DNA from: Lama glama
Lineage: Eukaryota
Reading direction: 5' to 3'
Length of the DNA stretch: 64,000 nucleotides
NCBI GenBank assembly: GCA_028534125.1
Contig: CM052816.1
Location: 66,776,001-66,840,000 of the forward strand
The position numbers were made by a program, and so were the translations under genes. Below the pieces are notes generated by a model, which saw only the letters and a program-made list of their open reading frames with translations, did not search any database and was not told the origin of the DNA. The first letter of the stretch is position 1, and every line of letters begins with the position of its first letter. Positions 63,100-64,000 of this stretch are shown here, piece by piece.

Positions 63100-64000
63100 C
63101 TTATAATGTTGATTTTTCTCTCTTCTGGATTGTCCACATTAGCATAAAAATACACTCATTATTTCTACCTTAAAACAATAATATGATTCCATTTCCTGTT
63201 AATCTGTGGGCCGACTTTTCTGTTTCCATTGGCAATAATCCATTCTCTCTTGACCCACTAGAGTCTCCTTTCATCCCAACCACAGCAAGATTCCCAGTGA
63301 CCTCCATGCTGATGAATCCAGTGGTCATTTCTCAGTCCTCATCTTACTTGACTCATCAACAGCATTTGACACAGTGGATTGTTCAGTTCTTGAAATACTT
63401 TCTTTACGTGGCTTTTAGGACATTGTTCAGTCTTGACCTAATTGGTCACTCTTTCTCTGTCACTCTTGCTGGTTCTTCCTCATTTTCTGGTCCCTTAAAC
63501 ATGGGCGTAAACCAGGACTCAGGCTTCACACTCCTTTTCTGCTCTAGCTAAACTCACCTCCTAAGTGATTTCATCCAATCTCGTGGCCTTAAGAAGCATT
63601 TGTATAGTGTGGCTTCCCAACTTTCTTTTTCCAGCACTCATCTCCTCTGATTCTTCATCTGCACAGCCATCTGCTTACTGGACATCCCTGTGTCAGTGTC
63701 TAGTGGGCATCTCAAACTTATATCCAAAAGCAAACTTCTGTTTCTAACCACTACAATTTTTGTCCTCCATCACATCCCATATTGGTAATGGAAATTACAT
63801 CTTTCCAGACATTCAGACCTAAATCCATAAAAAAATCCTTGGCTCTACTTTTCAAAATATGCCCAGAATCCTGCCAGTCTCCCAACCTGTGCTGCTACTG
63901 CTCTGGTCCTAGCCAACTTATTTTTTTCCAGCACTACTGCAATAGCCTCCTAACCGACCTCCATGCTTCAGCCCTGCCCCCTTACCTTAAAATCTTTTTT
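63100..64000 (+). mobile_element. Long LINE-2 (L2a-like) fragment, running off the window end
   Basis: AATCCAGTGGTCATTTCTCAGTCCTCATCTTACTTGAC...CAGCATTTGACACAG; GGCATCTCAAACTTA; TACTGCAATAGCCTCCTAAC. Confidence 0.88.

Overview
Mammalian genomic DNA, AT-rich and about one-third old interspersed repeats. It is most likely a camelid (alpaca/llama/camel), judged from the tRNA-Ala-derived Vic-1-type SINEs and the young L1 3' UTRs. I recognise no intact protein-coding exon, so the window looks intronic or intergenic. The only ORFs with recognisable homology are L1 ORF2 fragments and a 5'-truncated RPL11 processed pseudogene (52750-53029). Repeats include L1 copies of several ages (three with exact TSDs), MIR, L2, MaLR LTRs, an ERV1-type solo LTR and hAT MITEs. 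There is also a 500-N gap. The most unusual structure is a ~380-bp inverted duplication of non-family sequence (31472-31855 / 33479-33857, ~90% identical in its core). Its flank continuity fits a 1.6-kb inversion with a duplicated breakpoint, and it could also form a long dsRNA stem. Other points of interest are a probable AmnSINE1 relic (~35095-35260), a solo LTR carrying a GAS motif, and several enhancer-like motif clusters. Repeat family names come from recalled consensus similarity, not from a database search, and boundaries of old repeats are approximate.
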